Of a stretch of 64,000 nt of DNA, positions 55,090 through 64,000 are shown one piece after another (positions within the stretch are counted from its first letter, which is position 1; every line of letters starts with the position of its first letter). A program made the position numbers and the translations under genes. The notes below the pieces were generated by a model. That model was given only the letters and a program-made list of their open reading frames with translations, had not been told where the DNA came from and did not search any database. This DNA comes from Maribacter sp. (GTDB lineage Bacteria; Bacteroidota; Bacteroidia; Flavobacteriales; Flavobacteriaceae), in contig CBFIGW010000001.1 in the NCBI GenBank assembly GCA_965662155.1, positions 10,042-74,041 on the forward strand. Direction: 5' to 3'.

Positions 55090-56433
55090 ATGAAGAAAAC
55101 ACAAAAAAAGACTGAACTCCTGGGAGAGGCTTCGCGAAGGGATTTTTGTAAAAACACGGCACTTGTTGCGGCTGGAATCATACTGCCTGGAATAGAGATG
55201 AATGCGATGGCCAATGTATTTAATGATAAGAAATTAAAATTGGCCGTTGTGGGCTGTGGTGGTCGTGGAACCGGCGCTGTCAATCAGGCCTTAAAAGCGG
55301 ATGAACATATAGAATTGGTTGCTATGGCGGATGCTTTTGAAGATCAATTGGAAAAAAGCCTCGCTAATTTAAGCAAGGAATATGAAGGTTCGGATAAAAT
55401 CAATGTTAAGGAAAAACACAAATACGTTGGCTTTAACGCCTATAAGAACGCCATTGACCAAGCAGATGTTGTTATTTTGGCGACACCTCCTGGATTTCGC
55501 CCTTATCACTTTGAGTACGCCATTAATGCCGGAAAACATGTTTTTATGGAAAAACCAGTTGCGACAGATGTACCGGGAATTCGTAAAGTGTTGGAAATGG
55601 CGAAGGTGGCCAAGGCAAAAAAACTAAACGTTGTTGTGGGCTTACAACGCCATTATCAGAACAATTATTTAGCAATAGCCGATAAAATAAAAAATGGGGA
55701 TGTAGGTAAAATAGTTTCTGGACAGGTTTACTGGAATAGTGCCGGTGTTTGGGTAAGGCCTAGAAAACCGGAACAGACAGAAATGGAATACCAAATGCGC
55801 AATTGGTATTATTTTAATTGGTTGTGTGGGGACCATATTTTGGAACAACACATTCATAATATAGATGTGGCCAATTGGTTTATTGGTGAATACCCAATTT
55901 CTGCCCAGGGAATGGGAGGTCGTCAAGTACGGACCGGTAAAGATCATGGTGAGATTTTCGACCATCATTTTGTTGAATTCAAGTATCCAAGTGGTGCTGT
56001 TATTTCTAGTCAGTGTAGGCACCAGCCGGGTACATGGTCTAAAGTAGGCGAAGATTTTCAGGGGACTAAGGGTAGTATCCAAATGAAGGATGCGGGTACG
56101 GCTAGTATTCATGATTTAGAAGGTATTAAGACTTTTGAATACCGGAATAGAAACGACCCTAATCCATATCAAGTAGAACATAACAAATTATTTGCCGCCA
56201 TTAGAAACCAAGAGGTTATAAGTGACGCCGAAAATGGCGCAAAAAGTACTATGACCGCTATTTTAGGTAGGATGGCAACCTATTCAGGCAAAACCATTAC
56301 TTGGGAAGAGGCCATGAATTCTAATAAAATACTGATGCAGCCAGAGGTAACTTGGGCATCTACACCACCTACGGCACCAGATGAAAACGGAAATTACCCT
56401 ATACCAACCCCTGGGCAATCTATCGTTTTATAA
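55090..56433 (+). CDS. Gfo/Idh/MocA-family oxidoreductase with a twin-arginine (TAT) signal
   Basis: TAT motif SRRDFCKNTALVAAG. Rossmann start KLAVVGCGGRGTG. EKPV motif FMEKPVA. Confidence 0.88.
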   Translation: MKKTQKKTELLGEASRRDFCKNTALVAAGIILPGIEMNAMANVFNDKKLKLAVVGCGGRGTGAVNQALKADEHIELVAMADAFEDQLEKSLANLSKEYEGSDKINVKEKHKYVGFNAYKNAIDQADVVILATPPGFRPYHFEYAINAGKHVFMEKPVATDVPGIRKVLEMAKVAKAKKLNVVVGLQRHYQNNYLAIADKIKNGDVGKIVSGQVYWNSAGVWVRPRKPEQTEMEYQMRNWYYFNWLCGDHILEQHIHNIDVANWFIGEYPISAQGMGGRQVRTGKDHGEIFDHHFVEFKYPSGAVISSQCRHQPGTWSKVGEDFQGTKGSIQMKDAGTASIHDLEGIKTFEYRNRNDPNPYQVEHNKLFAAIRNQEVISDAENGAKSTMTAILGRMATYSGKTITWEEAMNSNKILMQPEVTWASTPPTAPDENGNYPIPTPGQSIVL

Positions 56434-56502
56434 CCAAGAAAGTTCATTTTTATGTCGCTTAAAGTCGTTTTGCTTTTAATTTGGTGAAGCTTTTTTTATG
56501 GG

Positions 56503-56524
56503 AAGGTAGCCGAAGTGCTACCTT
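56503..56524. terminator. Hairpin between convergent genes (possible terminator)
   Basis: AAGGTAGC (56503-56510) pairs with GCTACCTT (56517-56524) across a 6-nt loop. There is no clear T-run on either side. Confidence 0.3.
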
Positions 56525-56594
56525 ACCTTTATAGACAATACGTTGTTAACTGTTTTTAAAGGGTAATGGAATAAATCGAAAAAGTAGGTCGATT

Positions 56595-57359
56595 TTAATT
56601 AAAAAGCTCTGGGTAAGTAATTTCCTTGGAAATATTTTTTACATTTCCTTGATATTCTTTACCCCTTAGTTTAGCTACCGGGTAAGCGACCAATTCATTT
56701 TCTGGGTATTTTTGAATTAATGCCTGTATTACTTTAACATCCAAATCATTTTGTATTGGTTGTAACCATTTGTTTTCTAATTCTGGAGGCAGGATTACCG
56801 GCATACGAGGTTCTTTTATTTTAGGATTGTTATGAATACGCTCCATTATTTTGTTTGCTTTTGTGGTTACAATAGTAAATGTATTTATAATACCGCCGGT
56901 TTCGGGGTCGCCCCATTCACTCCATAGACCCGCCAAAGCCAATGGCTCCCCTTTTTTCTGGTAAATGTAATGGGGAAAGGTTTTGCCATCTTTGTGGTAA
57001 TGCTCATAAAAACCATCCACATAAATTATACATCTATTGTTTCTTGCCGATGTCCGAAATGATGGTTTTTCAAAAATGGTCTCGCCCCTAGCATTTAATG
57101 TGTTATTCCATAGTTTTTCACCTTGTTCTTTGTTCGTCACCCAATACGGAATAAGACCCCAAGTGGCTACCTCAGGAAAATCTGGTGATCGGTCTGTGTA
57201 AATTAATAGCTCAGGATGGTTAAAACCTGAAGAGTGATAAATAGGGAGGTCCGTCAAAGGGGCTAATTTTTCAATAATTTCTTCAATGGCCTGAAGGTCA
57301 TTTTTTCTTCTTGCCCTTTTTAGCTGGGCCTCCAAACTTGTTTTTATATCGTAACACAT
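56595..57359 (-). CDS. SOS-response-associated peptidase (SRAP/YedK-HMCES family)
   Basis: 254 aa beginning MCYD (catalytic Cys2). The overall size and conserved NARGETI / RCIIYVDGFYEH segments fit SRAP. Confidence 0.8.
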   Translation of the reverse strand: MCYDIKTSLEAQLKRARRKNDLQAIEEIIEKLAPLTDLPIYHSSGFNHPELLIYTDRSPDFPEVATWGLIPYWVTNKEQGEKLWNNTLNARGETIFEKPSFRTSARNNRCIIYVDGFYEHYHKDGKTFPHYIYQKKGEPLALAGLWSEWGDPETGGIINTFTIVTTKANKIMERIHNNPKIKEPRMPVILPPELENKWLQPIQNDLDVKVIQALIQKYPENELVAYPVAKLRGKEYQGNVKNISKEITYPELFN

Positions 57360-57381
57360 TGGTTTTTAGAAATGGTGTTAA

Positions 57382-58347
57382 TTAGGTGTTGGGCATCTCA
57401 ATAACAACATTGCCCGTTTTTTCTCCCCTAAGCACATAAGCATATGCTTCAGCTATATCCTCTAGGCTATACTCCTTGTCAATTACAGGCACAAAAACAC
57501 CTGTTTTTAAAGCATTACTTATAAAAGGAATTGTTTTTTGAGTGCTAAATGGTATGGGAAACAATACTTTTTTAGAACCCAGCAAACCACTAAAAAGGGA
57601 ATAAAATATGTTTTCTGAATTAGGCCCTAATTCTGATGAAATGTAAATACCGTTGTCTTTTAAAAGTGGCTTGCATTTGCCAAACCTGCTTTTTCCTACA
57701 GCATCAAAAATATAATCGTAAGTCTGGTTGTCCTTGGTAAAATCCTCTTTGGTATAATCATAGATTTTGTCCGCTCCCAAGGATTTGATGAGCGCAATGT
57801 TTTGGGTGTTGCAGACTGCTGTAATAGTTACATTGTACGCGCGTACAAACTGTAATAATGCAGAGCCGATAGCCCCTGTAGCCCCGTTGATCAAAATGTT
57901 TTGCCCTTCTTTAATATCCGACTTGTGTATAAAGGTATATGCGTAGTGCGCCCCTTCCAAACTAGCTGCAGCTTGTTTAAAGGAAATTTTTTCAGGTATA
58001 GCAAATAGTTGTTCTGCCTTAGCTGTTAAATGTGTGGCTTGCGACTGGCAGCCTGTATCGGTAAAACCAAATATGCGATTCCCTGGCTCATATGAGATGA
58101 TGTTTTTACCAACGGCCAAGATTTCACCGGCAAAATCGGTCCCTAAAATCGTTTTTTTGGGTTTAAAAAGCCCTATAAAAAACCGCATAATAAAAGGTTT
58201 AGCCGTAAGGTTGGCGCAATCTGTACGGTTTACGGTAGCAGCGTGTGTTTTTATAAGCACTTCGTCATCTTTTGGCACGGGAACGTCACAGCTTTCTACT
58301 ACTATAGCTTCAGGCCCTCCATATTGTCTTCTTATAGCTGCTTTCAT
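57382..58347 (-). CDS. Medium-chain (zinc-type/quinone oxidoreductase-like) NAD(P)-dependent dehydrogenase
   Basis: 321 aa. Cofactor motif INGATGAIGS and an N-terminal GroES-like fold segment (VLIKTHAATVNRTD). Confidence 0.82.
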   Translation of the reverse strand: MKAAIRRQYGGPEAIVVESCDVPVPKDDEVLIKTHAATVNRTDCANLTAKPFIMRFFIGLFKPKKTILGTDFAGEILAVGKNIISYEPGNRIFGFTDTGCQSQATHLTAKAEQLFAIPEKISFKQAAASLEGAHYAYTFIHKSDIKEGQNILINGATGAIGSALLQFVRAYNVTITAVCNTQNIALIKSLGADKIYDYTKEDFTKDNQTYDYIFDAVGKSRFGKCKPLLKDNGIYISSELGPNSENIFYSLFSGLLGSKKVLFPIPFSTQKTIPFISNALKTGVFVPVIDKEYSLEDIAEAYAYVLRGEKTGNVVIEMPNT

Positions 58348-58982
58348 TTTTTAGCATATTTATAAGCGTCTTGGATGCCTTGCCCTTTTAGAATTTGTGG
58401 CATATATTTTTCTATCCGAGCCTTTCGGGTTGTAGACTGTTTAGGTTGAGAAAAATATAAAACATAACCACGTTGTCTGCCTGGCGTCAGATTTTCAAAT
58501 GCTTTTTTTAAAGTTGGATGCAGACTAAATTGTTCCGCTAATTCTTCAGGAATAGGTTCTAGTTGTTTTTTGAAAGCTACTTTCAACCCTGCTATTTCTA
58601 CTTCAATAGCTTCGTAAATATACTGTTTGATAATAGCGGTCTTTTCAATTATTTGGCGGGAATCTGTAAACCGGAATTGACGTGTTGCCTGTGAATTTTC
58701 ACCTGGTGCCACAAGTATAGTTTTCGGATCTTTTAATAGTGCGCCTTTAAAGAATGACAATGTTGCAAAATCCTTGAAAGCTGCAACCAATAATAAATTA
58801 TTGCCATTGTAGGTATAACAGGGTTGCGACCATTTGAGCTCTTCAGACAGACCGCACTCTAGAACAAGTCGCCTTAAATGTATTAATTCTTCTTGCCAAG
58901 TGTGTACTTTACATTCTGGGGTTTTGTATAGGGAACATCGCCCACAACCATCTTCTAAATATAGATCTACCTTTGTATTCAT
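58344..58982 (-). CDS. DUF1801 plus YdeI/OmpD-associated domain protein
   Basis: 212 aa. The N-terminus has a CGRC...C motif and LKWSQPCYTYNGNNLL. The C-terminus has LTPGRQRGYVLYFSQPKQSTTRKARIEK. It overlaps the downstream gene by 4 nt. Confidence 0.7.
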   Translation of the reverse strand: MNTKVDLYLEDGCGRCSLYKTPECKVHTWQEELIHLRRLVLECGLSEELKWSQPCYTYNGNNLLLVAAFKDFATLSFFKGALLKDPKTILVAPGENSQATRQFRFTDSRQIIEKTAIIKQYIYEAIEVEIAGLKVAFKKQLEPIPEELAEQFSLHPTLKKAFENLTPGRQRGYVLYFSQPKQSTTRKARIEKYMPQILKGQGIQDAYKYAKK

Positions 58983-59205
58983 GGTGCTAGTGAAGTTTGC
59001 AAGTGTTCATTGAGCCATAACAGGCATTTCCATAAAAATAAGCAAATTACGAATGCAGGTATACTCTTGGCAAATCTGCAACCTAAAAAGATGACCAATC
59101 ACTGATTCCTTGGAAAACTACCTTGCGGAACCCCATAGTTTGCTGCCCAAGGCACCAGGAACACCAACAGTATTAAAGGTGTCGGGAAACCTTGTTATTT
59201 GCGGG

Positions 59206-61212
59206 TTAATTTACTTTTTTAAAATATAGGTTTCGTACTCGCCCATTACTAACTTTACATCCTGTAATTAAATTTTTAGGGTCTCTCACAAATTCAACTT
59301 GACTAAAAAACCAAGCTTCGCCACTAAAAACATCCTTCTTTATTGGGTTCAAGTTAAAGTCACTTAATCTGCTGTGTTTTGCAATAAGGCTATCACCGAC
59401 AACATCAAATTTGTAAGTAGTCGATAATTCTTCACTATAAAATTCTCCTGAAAAGTCAGCAAGATTTACCCTAGACTTGTCGAATTCTTTTACTCGGGGC
59501 GCTTCCATTATTTGACCCCCTTGATGTAATTTTAGAAGCTTAATTTTTTCGCTTTCATTAGGTATAAATTCGATTTTGGCCTCTACCCCTTCAACCTTAA
59601 ACTCCGTAGAGGAAATTGGCGTTAGGGTAACTTCCGGTTGTCCTGTTGCTTGGGCAGACAATCCAGTTTCGTTAGTTTTTATTTTTATAATAAATCCTGG
59701 TTGTAGTTGAAAATCACCCACATAAGTTTTTAATACATTTTGATCAACTGCAATAGATTCTTTGCCTTGTGTTTCTTTCTCTTCTTTTTTTGATTCTTCG
59801 TTTTTGATCTTGCCTTTTAGATAAATATCTACCACTTCATGAGCTAATTTACCTGGATTAAACTCAGCTGAATTACTAAATACGGCTACCGCAAAATTCT
59901 CATCTGGGAAACGAGTTAAAAAAGAGCGATAACCTGCGTCTGCGCCACCGTGTTGAATTTCTTTCAATCCTTTATATTCACCAACAAATTGGCCTAGAGC
60001 TCCACCAAACTTTTTACCATTGTTAAGCGTTGCGGGAGTGTTCATTTTATTAAAAATAGCAGCGTCCCCAACTTTAATATCGTTAAAGTTCATAGCCCAT
60101 AGACTTAAATCTTCAACAGTGGTGAAAAGACTAGTTGCCCCAACATTTGCGTAGTTCAAAACACTTTTTTTAATTACGCCTGAATCTGATTTATAGGAGT
60201 AGGACCGGTTCTTTACAATTTTCTCATGATCATCATAAAAGAGCGTGTTGTTCATATTTAAAGGATCAAAAATGTTCTTTTTGGTAAACTCTGCAAATGA
60301 CATGTCTGAAATTCTAGCAACCACTTCGGCCAAAAGCGTAAATCCGGTATTGCAATAAGCATATTCATCGCCAGGATCGAAGTTTAGCTCCTTTTGCTTG
60401 CTCACAAGTTTTAAAACGTGTTCTTTGGTAATAACATCATCAAATCGCCAACCGGCCAACGATAACAAATTCCATTGATCTCTTAACCCGCTTGTGTGGG
60501 AAGCCAAATGTTTTAAAGTAATTGTTTTTCCAAAGTCTGGCACTTCGGGAATATATTTTCTGATGTCATCATCTAAACTTAGCTTACCTTGTTTCTCTAA
60601 TAATAAAATGGAAAAAACGGTGAACTGTTTTGAGACCGAGGCAATATGAAATATGGAAGATGAAGTTATTGGGATATCGTATTCCAAATTAGAGATGCCA
60701 TAGCCTTTTTTGTATACAATTGATCCATCTTTAACTATTGCAACCGCCGCCCCAGGAGTGTTCTCGGTATCCCAAGCGGTAAAAAGCTCATCTACTTGTT
60801 CGTTTGGGGTAACCGCCATAGGTTTTATACTTTGGACGAATAACTGGTAGTTGCCAATCTTATCCTTTAGGTCGATTGACTCAACTTCAATTAGGTATTC
60901 ACCTTCTTTATCCGATATTATTTTGAACAATTCGTAGCCATTTCTCCAATTAGGACTATCGAACATTTCTAATTTTTCGGCGTTGGTATTGTAGGTGGTG
61001 ACCTTTATATCAATACCTTCTTGCATTAACTTGAAAAAGGCAAATTGCTCTTTCTTTAAGTTAATCTTGTATTGATGTTTTTCATTAGAAGTAATTTCCG
61101 ACGTTAAAATTTGGTTTTGTACTAGTTCTCCTTTTACAACCTGGGCCTTTACTGTATTTATGGGGGCGGATAATAGTAGAACTACGATTAACTTAATGAT
61201 TGTTTTGTTCAT
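59206..61212 (-). CDS. Beta-lactamase-fold serine hydrolase with N- and C-terminal accessory domains, secreted
   Basis: SxxK motif IASVSKQF, YxN-like YAYCNTGF and HGGADAG. The ATG at 61212 gives the signal peptide MNKTIIKLIVVLLLSAPINTVKAQ. Confidence 0.85.
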   Translation of the reverse strand: MNKTIIKLIVVLLLSAPINTVKAQVVKGELVQNQILTSEITSNEKHQYKINLKKEQFAFFKLMQEGIDIKVTTYNTNAEKLEMFDSPNWRNGYELFKIISDKEGEYLIEVESIDLKDKIGNYQLFVQSIKPMAVTPNEQVDELFTAWDTENTPGAAVAIVKDGSIVYKKGYGISNLEYDIPITSSSIFHIASVSKQFTVFSILLLEKQGKLSLDDDIRKYIPEVPDFGKTITLKHLASHTSGLRDQWNLLSLAGWRFDDVITKEHVLKLVSKQKELNFDPGDEYAYCNTGFTLLAEVVARISDMSFAEFTKKNIFDPLNMNNTLFYDDHEKIVKNRSYSYKSDSGVIKKSVLNYANVGATSLFTTVEDLSLWAMNFNDIKVGDAAIFNKMNTPATLNNGKKFGGALGQFVGEYKGLKEIQHGGADAGYRSFLTRFPDENFAVAVFSNSAEFNPGKLAHEVVDIYLKGKIKNEESKKEEKETQGKESIAVDQNVLKTYVGDFQLQPGFIIKIKTNETGLSAQATGQPEVTLTPISSTEFKVEGVEAKIEFIPNESEKIKLLKLHQGGQIMEAPRVKEFDKSRVNLADFSGEFYSEELSTTYKFDVVGDSLIAKHSRLSDFNLNPIKKDVFSGEAWFFSQVEFVRDPKNLITGCKVSNGRVRNLYFKKVN

Positions 61213-61478
61213 ATTGATGCATTTAGCGTACACATAGGGGGGCTTGTGTAGGGTTCGTTATTGACGCATTAAAATGTAAATATACGCCTCACCTAAAGGT
61301 AATGGATTGCATTGGATTCTAACTAAAGAATTCTAACACAATTACTTACGCACAAGACCGCTGTTTAAATTATAAACTAGAAATTAAATGATAGCCCGGT
61401 TACAAATCGACCTACAGAAATACATAAGTACGAAATAAAAGTTTCCATAAAATCGGATATTAGTGCAAATCCCAATTA

Positions 61479-63770
61479 TCATTTCTTCATCCAAAGAGGC
61501 GCGCCATCTTCCCATTTATTATGGGTTAGTCTAAATTTCTCGCCATCGGCAAGTCTTATCGCGGTAATTTCACCATACATTTGGGGACTAAATATGAAGG
61601 GTTGAACTAAGGGTTGTTCATCATTAATGCCAAATTCTTCAGATGTATATATCAGCCACTCTCCATCTGGTGAGAAATGTGGGTGTCCTTCCTGACCTTC
61701 ATAAGTGGTTAGCTGTTTGGGTTTTCCCCAACCGCCATCTTCACGTTCTGTTATAAATATATCCATTGTTTTTACCACACCATCTTTCTCTATACCAGTA
61801 ACATCGGAACAATAAGCAATCTTATTCCCGTCATAGGAGATAACGGGAAAGGCTTCTTTGTCCGGACTATTGGTAATATTGGATGTAGTGCCATTTTCTT
61901 CTACATAAATATCCATGTTGCCCGTTCTGCCGCTTCTAAAGACCATTACTTTATTGTCTTTGGAATAATCTGCAAATCCTGTATTACTCTCTAAATTGGT
62001 CACACGTTCTAATATTTTGTCTTCAAAACTATAGCGATACACACATCCTTTGGCTTGTGGGCTTCTTCTAAAGCCACCCACTGAAAATTGAAGGTATTTA
62101 CCGTCGGGAGTAACTTTAGTGTCGATAATATTGGAAAACTGAGGGTTAAAATCACTATCCGGTCGAAATTCAAACAAATGTTCAATGTCATTGGTAGTAT
62201 AGTCTACTGCATAAAAGTTTTTTTCCGTATTAAAAAATGAGGATAAGAACAATCCGGCATACAATACAACCAATGCATAAGGAATAAACATAAGTGCATA
62301 AAGTTTATATAAAGCGGCTATTGGGTTTTCCGACTTTTTTCTTTTTTTGAAAAGTAAATAGAAGAAAAATCCTAATAAAAAAAGGACGACAGCAACTCCA
62401 ATCCAAAAACGTTTTAGCACATCTAACGGCATTGCTTGCACAAACAATTGGTCATCAGTTGTCTTAATGAAAAAAAGTGCAAATATTACGGCTAGCACCG
62501 AAAAAATGAGATGTTTCCAAAAGGCAATGGTCTTTCTTTTTTTAATGCTTTTAAAAATACCCAGCACCAACCAAATAAGTGCTAGCAAGGGAATAAGCAA
62601 TACTATATAAGCCATGGGAGCAATGCCGTCCTGAAAACTATTTGCATCCGATACTCCATAGACAATCTTTCCATCTGGTGTTGCAGGCGCAGCAAAAGAG
62701 CGTCTAACTCCATAGAGCAAGAGTGTTTTGGTTGGTAAATCGGTTATAATTTCCGGACCGTTTTTTACTAATAAATCACCATAAAAGTCATTTAGGTTTG
62801 TAGGTTGTGGTTTTGGTGATTCACCACCATGATATACAATTATTCCAGAATCATGGTAGTCCACGTTCAACATATTCATTGGTTGTACCAAGGTTGAGTC
62901 TATTTCTCGGGTTTTTGGGTTCATTTTGAGGACTGAAAATCCGTTTGGCCCATCTATAAAACCAGTAAATAAAATTTCACCATCTGGCTTTTGAAGAGGT
63001 GATATACAAGAATAATTATCAGGAGAAATCTGCTCGGCATTTTCCCCGGTTTTGGACATTTTGAAAAGCTTATGGTTTTCATTTCTTTTTGCAGAATAAT
63101 AAATAATCTCTTGGTCATCTTTAGTCCATACAGGACTACCCTCCCAATTTTCGGAATTGGATAATCTTTGAGCTTCACCACCATTTGAATTCATCACATA
63201 AATATCACCAGTACGTTGCAGGGCAAATACCAATCTTGGTTTTAGAGGAACTGTTGGGTGAGCCCGGTCACTAGAGAAAGCAATACTCTTGCCGTCATTT
63301 GAAAACTTAGGCCTAAAATCTCCCCCTTTATTATTTGTCAGGTTTATGGCATCCTTAATTGTCAAAGTGTCCAAAGGCTTAAACGGAAGTTTATAAATAT
63401 CTGAGTTTCCGTCATGCGTTGATACAAAAACCATAGTTTCGCCATCTGGAGAAAAGTCTACTTGATCTTGCATTGAATTACTAGAGATCAAAAGTCTGGG
63501 AAGGGAATCGCCATGTATACTTTTTACATAAAGCTGTGGGCGACCATTGCGCTCAGAAGTAAATACCACCCATTTACCATCTGGAGAAATTTTTGCGTCA
63601 TAATCTAAACTTTTATGTTGTGTGAATTTTGAAAAAGTATTTCCATTATCATCGGATAAATAAATATCCCACCCCTCTGGTCTAAAGGAAGAATAGAAAA
63701 TCTTTTCTTGAGCTTGGGCAAGACCTCCAAATAGTATTAAAAAGACCAGTACAATGGTTGATTTCTGCAT
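61479..63770 (-). CDS. Membrane-embedded protein with two TolB-like (PD40/WD40-like) beta-propeller regions separated by four TM helices
   Basis: 763 aa with signal peptide ...GGLAQAQE. It has repeated PD40-type units (SPDGKWVVFTSERNG, SPDGETMVFVSTHDG, SNDGKSIAFSSDR). A central block of four hydrophobic helices maps to roughly 62215-62625. The C-terminal units are TPDGKYLQFS, DNKVMVFRSGRTG, YDGNKIAYCSD and SPDGEWLIYTSE. Confidence 0.8.
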   Translation of the reverse strand: MQKSTIVLVFLILFGGLAQAQEKIFYSSFRPEGWDIYLSDDNGNTFSKFTQHKSLDYDAKISPDGKWVVFTSERNGRPQLYVKSIHGDSLPRLLISSNSMQDQVDFSPDGETMVFVSTHDGNSDIYKLPFKPLDTLTIKDAINLTNNKGGDFRPKFSNDGKSIAFSSDRAHPTVPLKPRLVFALQRTGDIYVMNSNGGEAQRLSNSENWEGSPVWTKDDQEIIYYSAKRNENHKLFKMSKTGENAEQISPDNYSCISPLQKPDGEILFTGFIDGPNGFSVLKMNPKTREIDSTLVQPMNMLNVDYHDSGIIVYHGGESPKPQPTNLNDFYGDLLVKNGPEIITDLPTKTLLLYGVRRSFAAPATPDGKIVYGVSDANSFQDGIAPMAYIVLLIPLLALIWLVLGIFKSIKKRKTIAFWKHLIFSVLAVIFALFFIKTTDDQLFVQAMPLDVLKRFWIGVAVVLFLLGFFFYLLFKKRKKSENPIAALYKLYALMFIPYALVVLYAGLFLSSFFNTEKNFYAVDYTTNDIEHLFEFRPDSDFNPQFSNIIDTKVTPDGKYLQFSVGGFRRSPQAKGCVYRYSFEDKILERVTNLESNTGFADYSKDNKVMVFRSGRTGNMDIYVEENGTTSNITNSPDKEAFPVISYDGNKIAYCSDVTGIEKDGVVKTMDIFITEREDGGWGKPKQLTTYEGQEGHPHFSPDGEWLIYTSEEFGINDEQPLVQPFIFSPQMYGEITAIRLADGEKFRLTHNKWEDGAPLWMKK

Positions 63771-64000
63771 ATGATAAAATTCTTTTTGATAAACGCCTTA
63801 TCCTTGAGCCACAGCTTTGCCCTCTTGAACCAAGTGGCATTTCCTTTAGAAACTAGTAAACAGAACTAACAAAACACTTGGTCGCCTAAACTTAAAAAAA
63901 GAAGCAATTTAAAGGCTCATACACTATTTTTAACCATATGAAAAAGATATGGCAATGGCCAAAATTACAATTATACATGCCATTACTACAATATCTATGG

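Noticed and set aside
63939-64000. Plus-strand ATG-initiated reading frame (MKKIWQWPKLQLYMPLLQYLW...) running off the right edge.
   Set aside because: Only about 20 codons are visible, which is too short to support a gene call.
1-64000. Searched intergenic regions by eye for tRNA/rRNA/tmRNA signatures, CRISPR-like spaced repeats, IS ends, integrases and transposases.
   Set aside because: None was recognised. All spacers longer than 150 bp (13145-13995, 40496-41136, 45315-45554, 53910-54093, 56434-56594, 58983-59205, 61234-61478, 63771-64000) lack T-loop-like GTTCGAATC motifs and regular repeat-spacer structure. A covariance-model scan is still advisable.

Overview
An AT-rich, densely packed chromosomal segment that reads like a Flavobacteriia (Bacteroidota) genome. 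That placement is an inference from three things: CarboxypepD_reg-type outer-membrane receptors, TAnnTTTG-type promoter boxes with no Shine-Dalgarno sequences, and the mnmG-ybeY-large membrane protein arrangement. I can support about 48 protein-coding genes. Housekeeping genes are lepA, rnpA, rpiB, rnr, mnmG, ybeY and gltX. They are interleaved with envelope and secreted proteins: two tandem TonB-receptor-like barrels, S8/M1/S41 peptidases, an NlpC/P60 peptidase, Skp and a beta-lactamase-fold hydrolase. There are also transporters (CPA1 antiporter, APC-USP permease, SSS symporter, CDF, LysE), one PAS histidine kinase with a receiver, and a periplasmic sugar-oxidation style set (DUF1080, LmbE, HGSNAT-like, PqqB-like, PQQ/cytochrome c dehydrogenase, FGE-like plus TAT Gfo/Idh/MocA). 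I saw no rRNA, tRNA, CRISPR array, transposase or integrase. The only clear accessory module is a two-gene type II restriction-modification pair at 35.1-37.0 kb, and its endonuclease candidate contains no ATG codon at all. The observations I rate highest for follow-up are: (1) an identical 18-nt palindromic sequence bracketing mnmG, with one copy embedded in the last codons of ybeY; (2) an Lgt paralogue overlapping a multi-cluster radical SAM enzyme at the left edge; (3) a 641-bp ORF-free, very AT-rich divergent intergenic region carrying five GTTGNCAAC-like dyads and nested palindromes; (4) an exported orphan PqqB-like protein next to a PQQ dehydrogenase with an inserted cytochrome c module; (5) a 1163-aa coiled-coil/low-complexity membrane protein translationally coupled to ybeY; (6) an unlisted 39-codon ORF coupled by TAATG to a symporter. 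All functional names come from motif recognition by eye, because no database search could be run. I cannot point to one unambiguous novel system, so the candidates are ranked by interest score.
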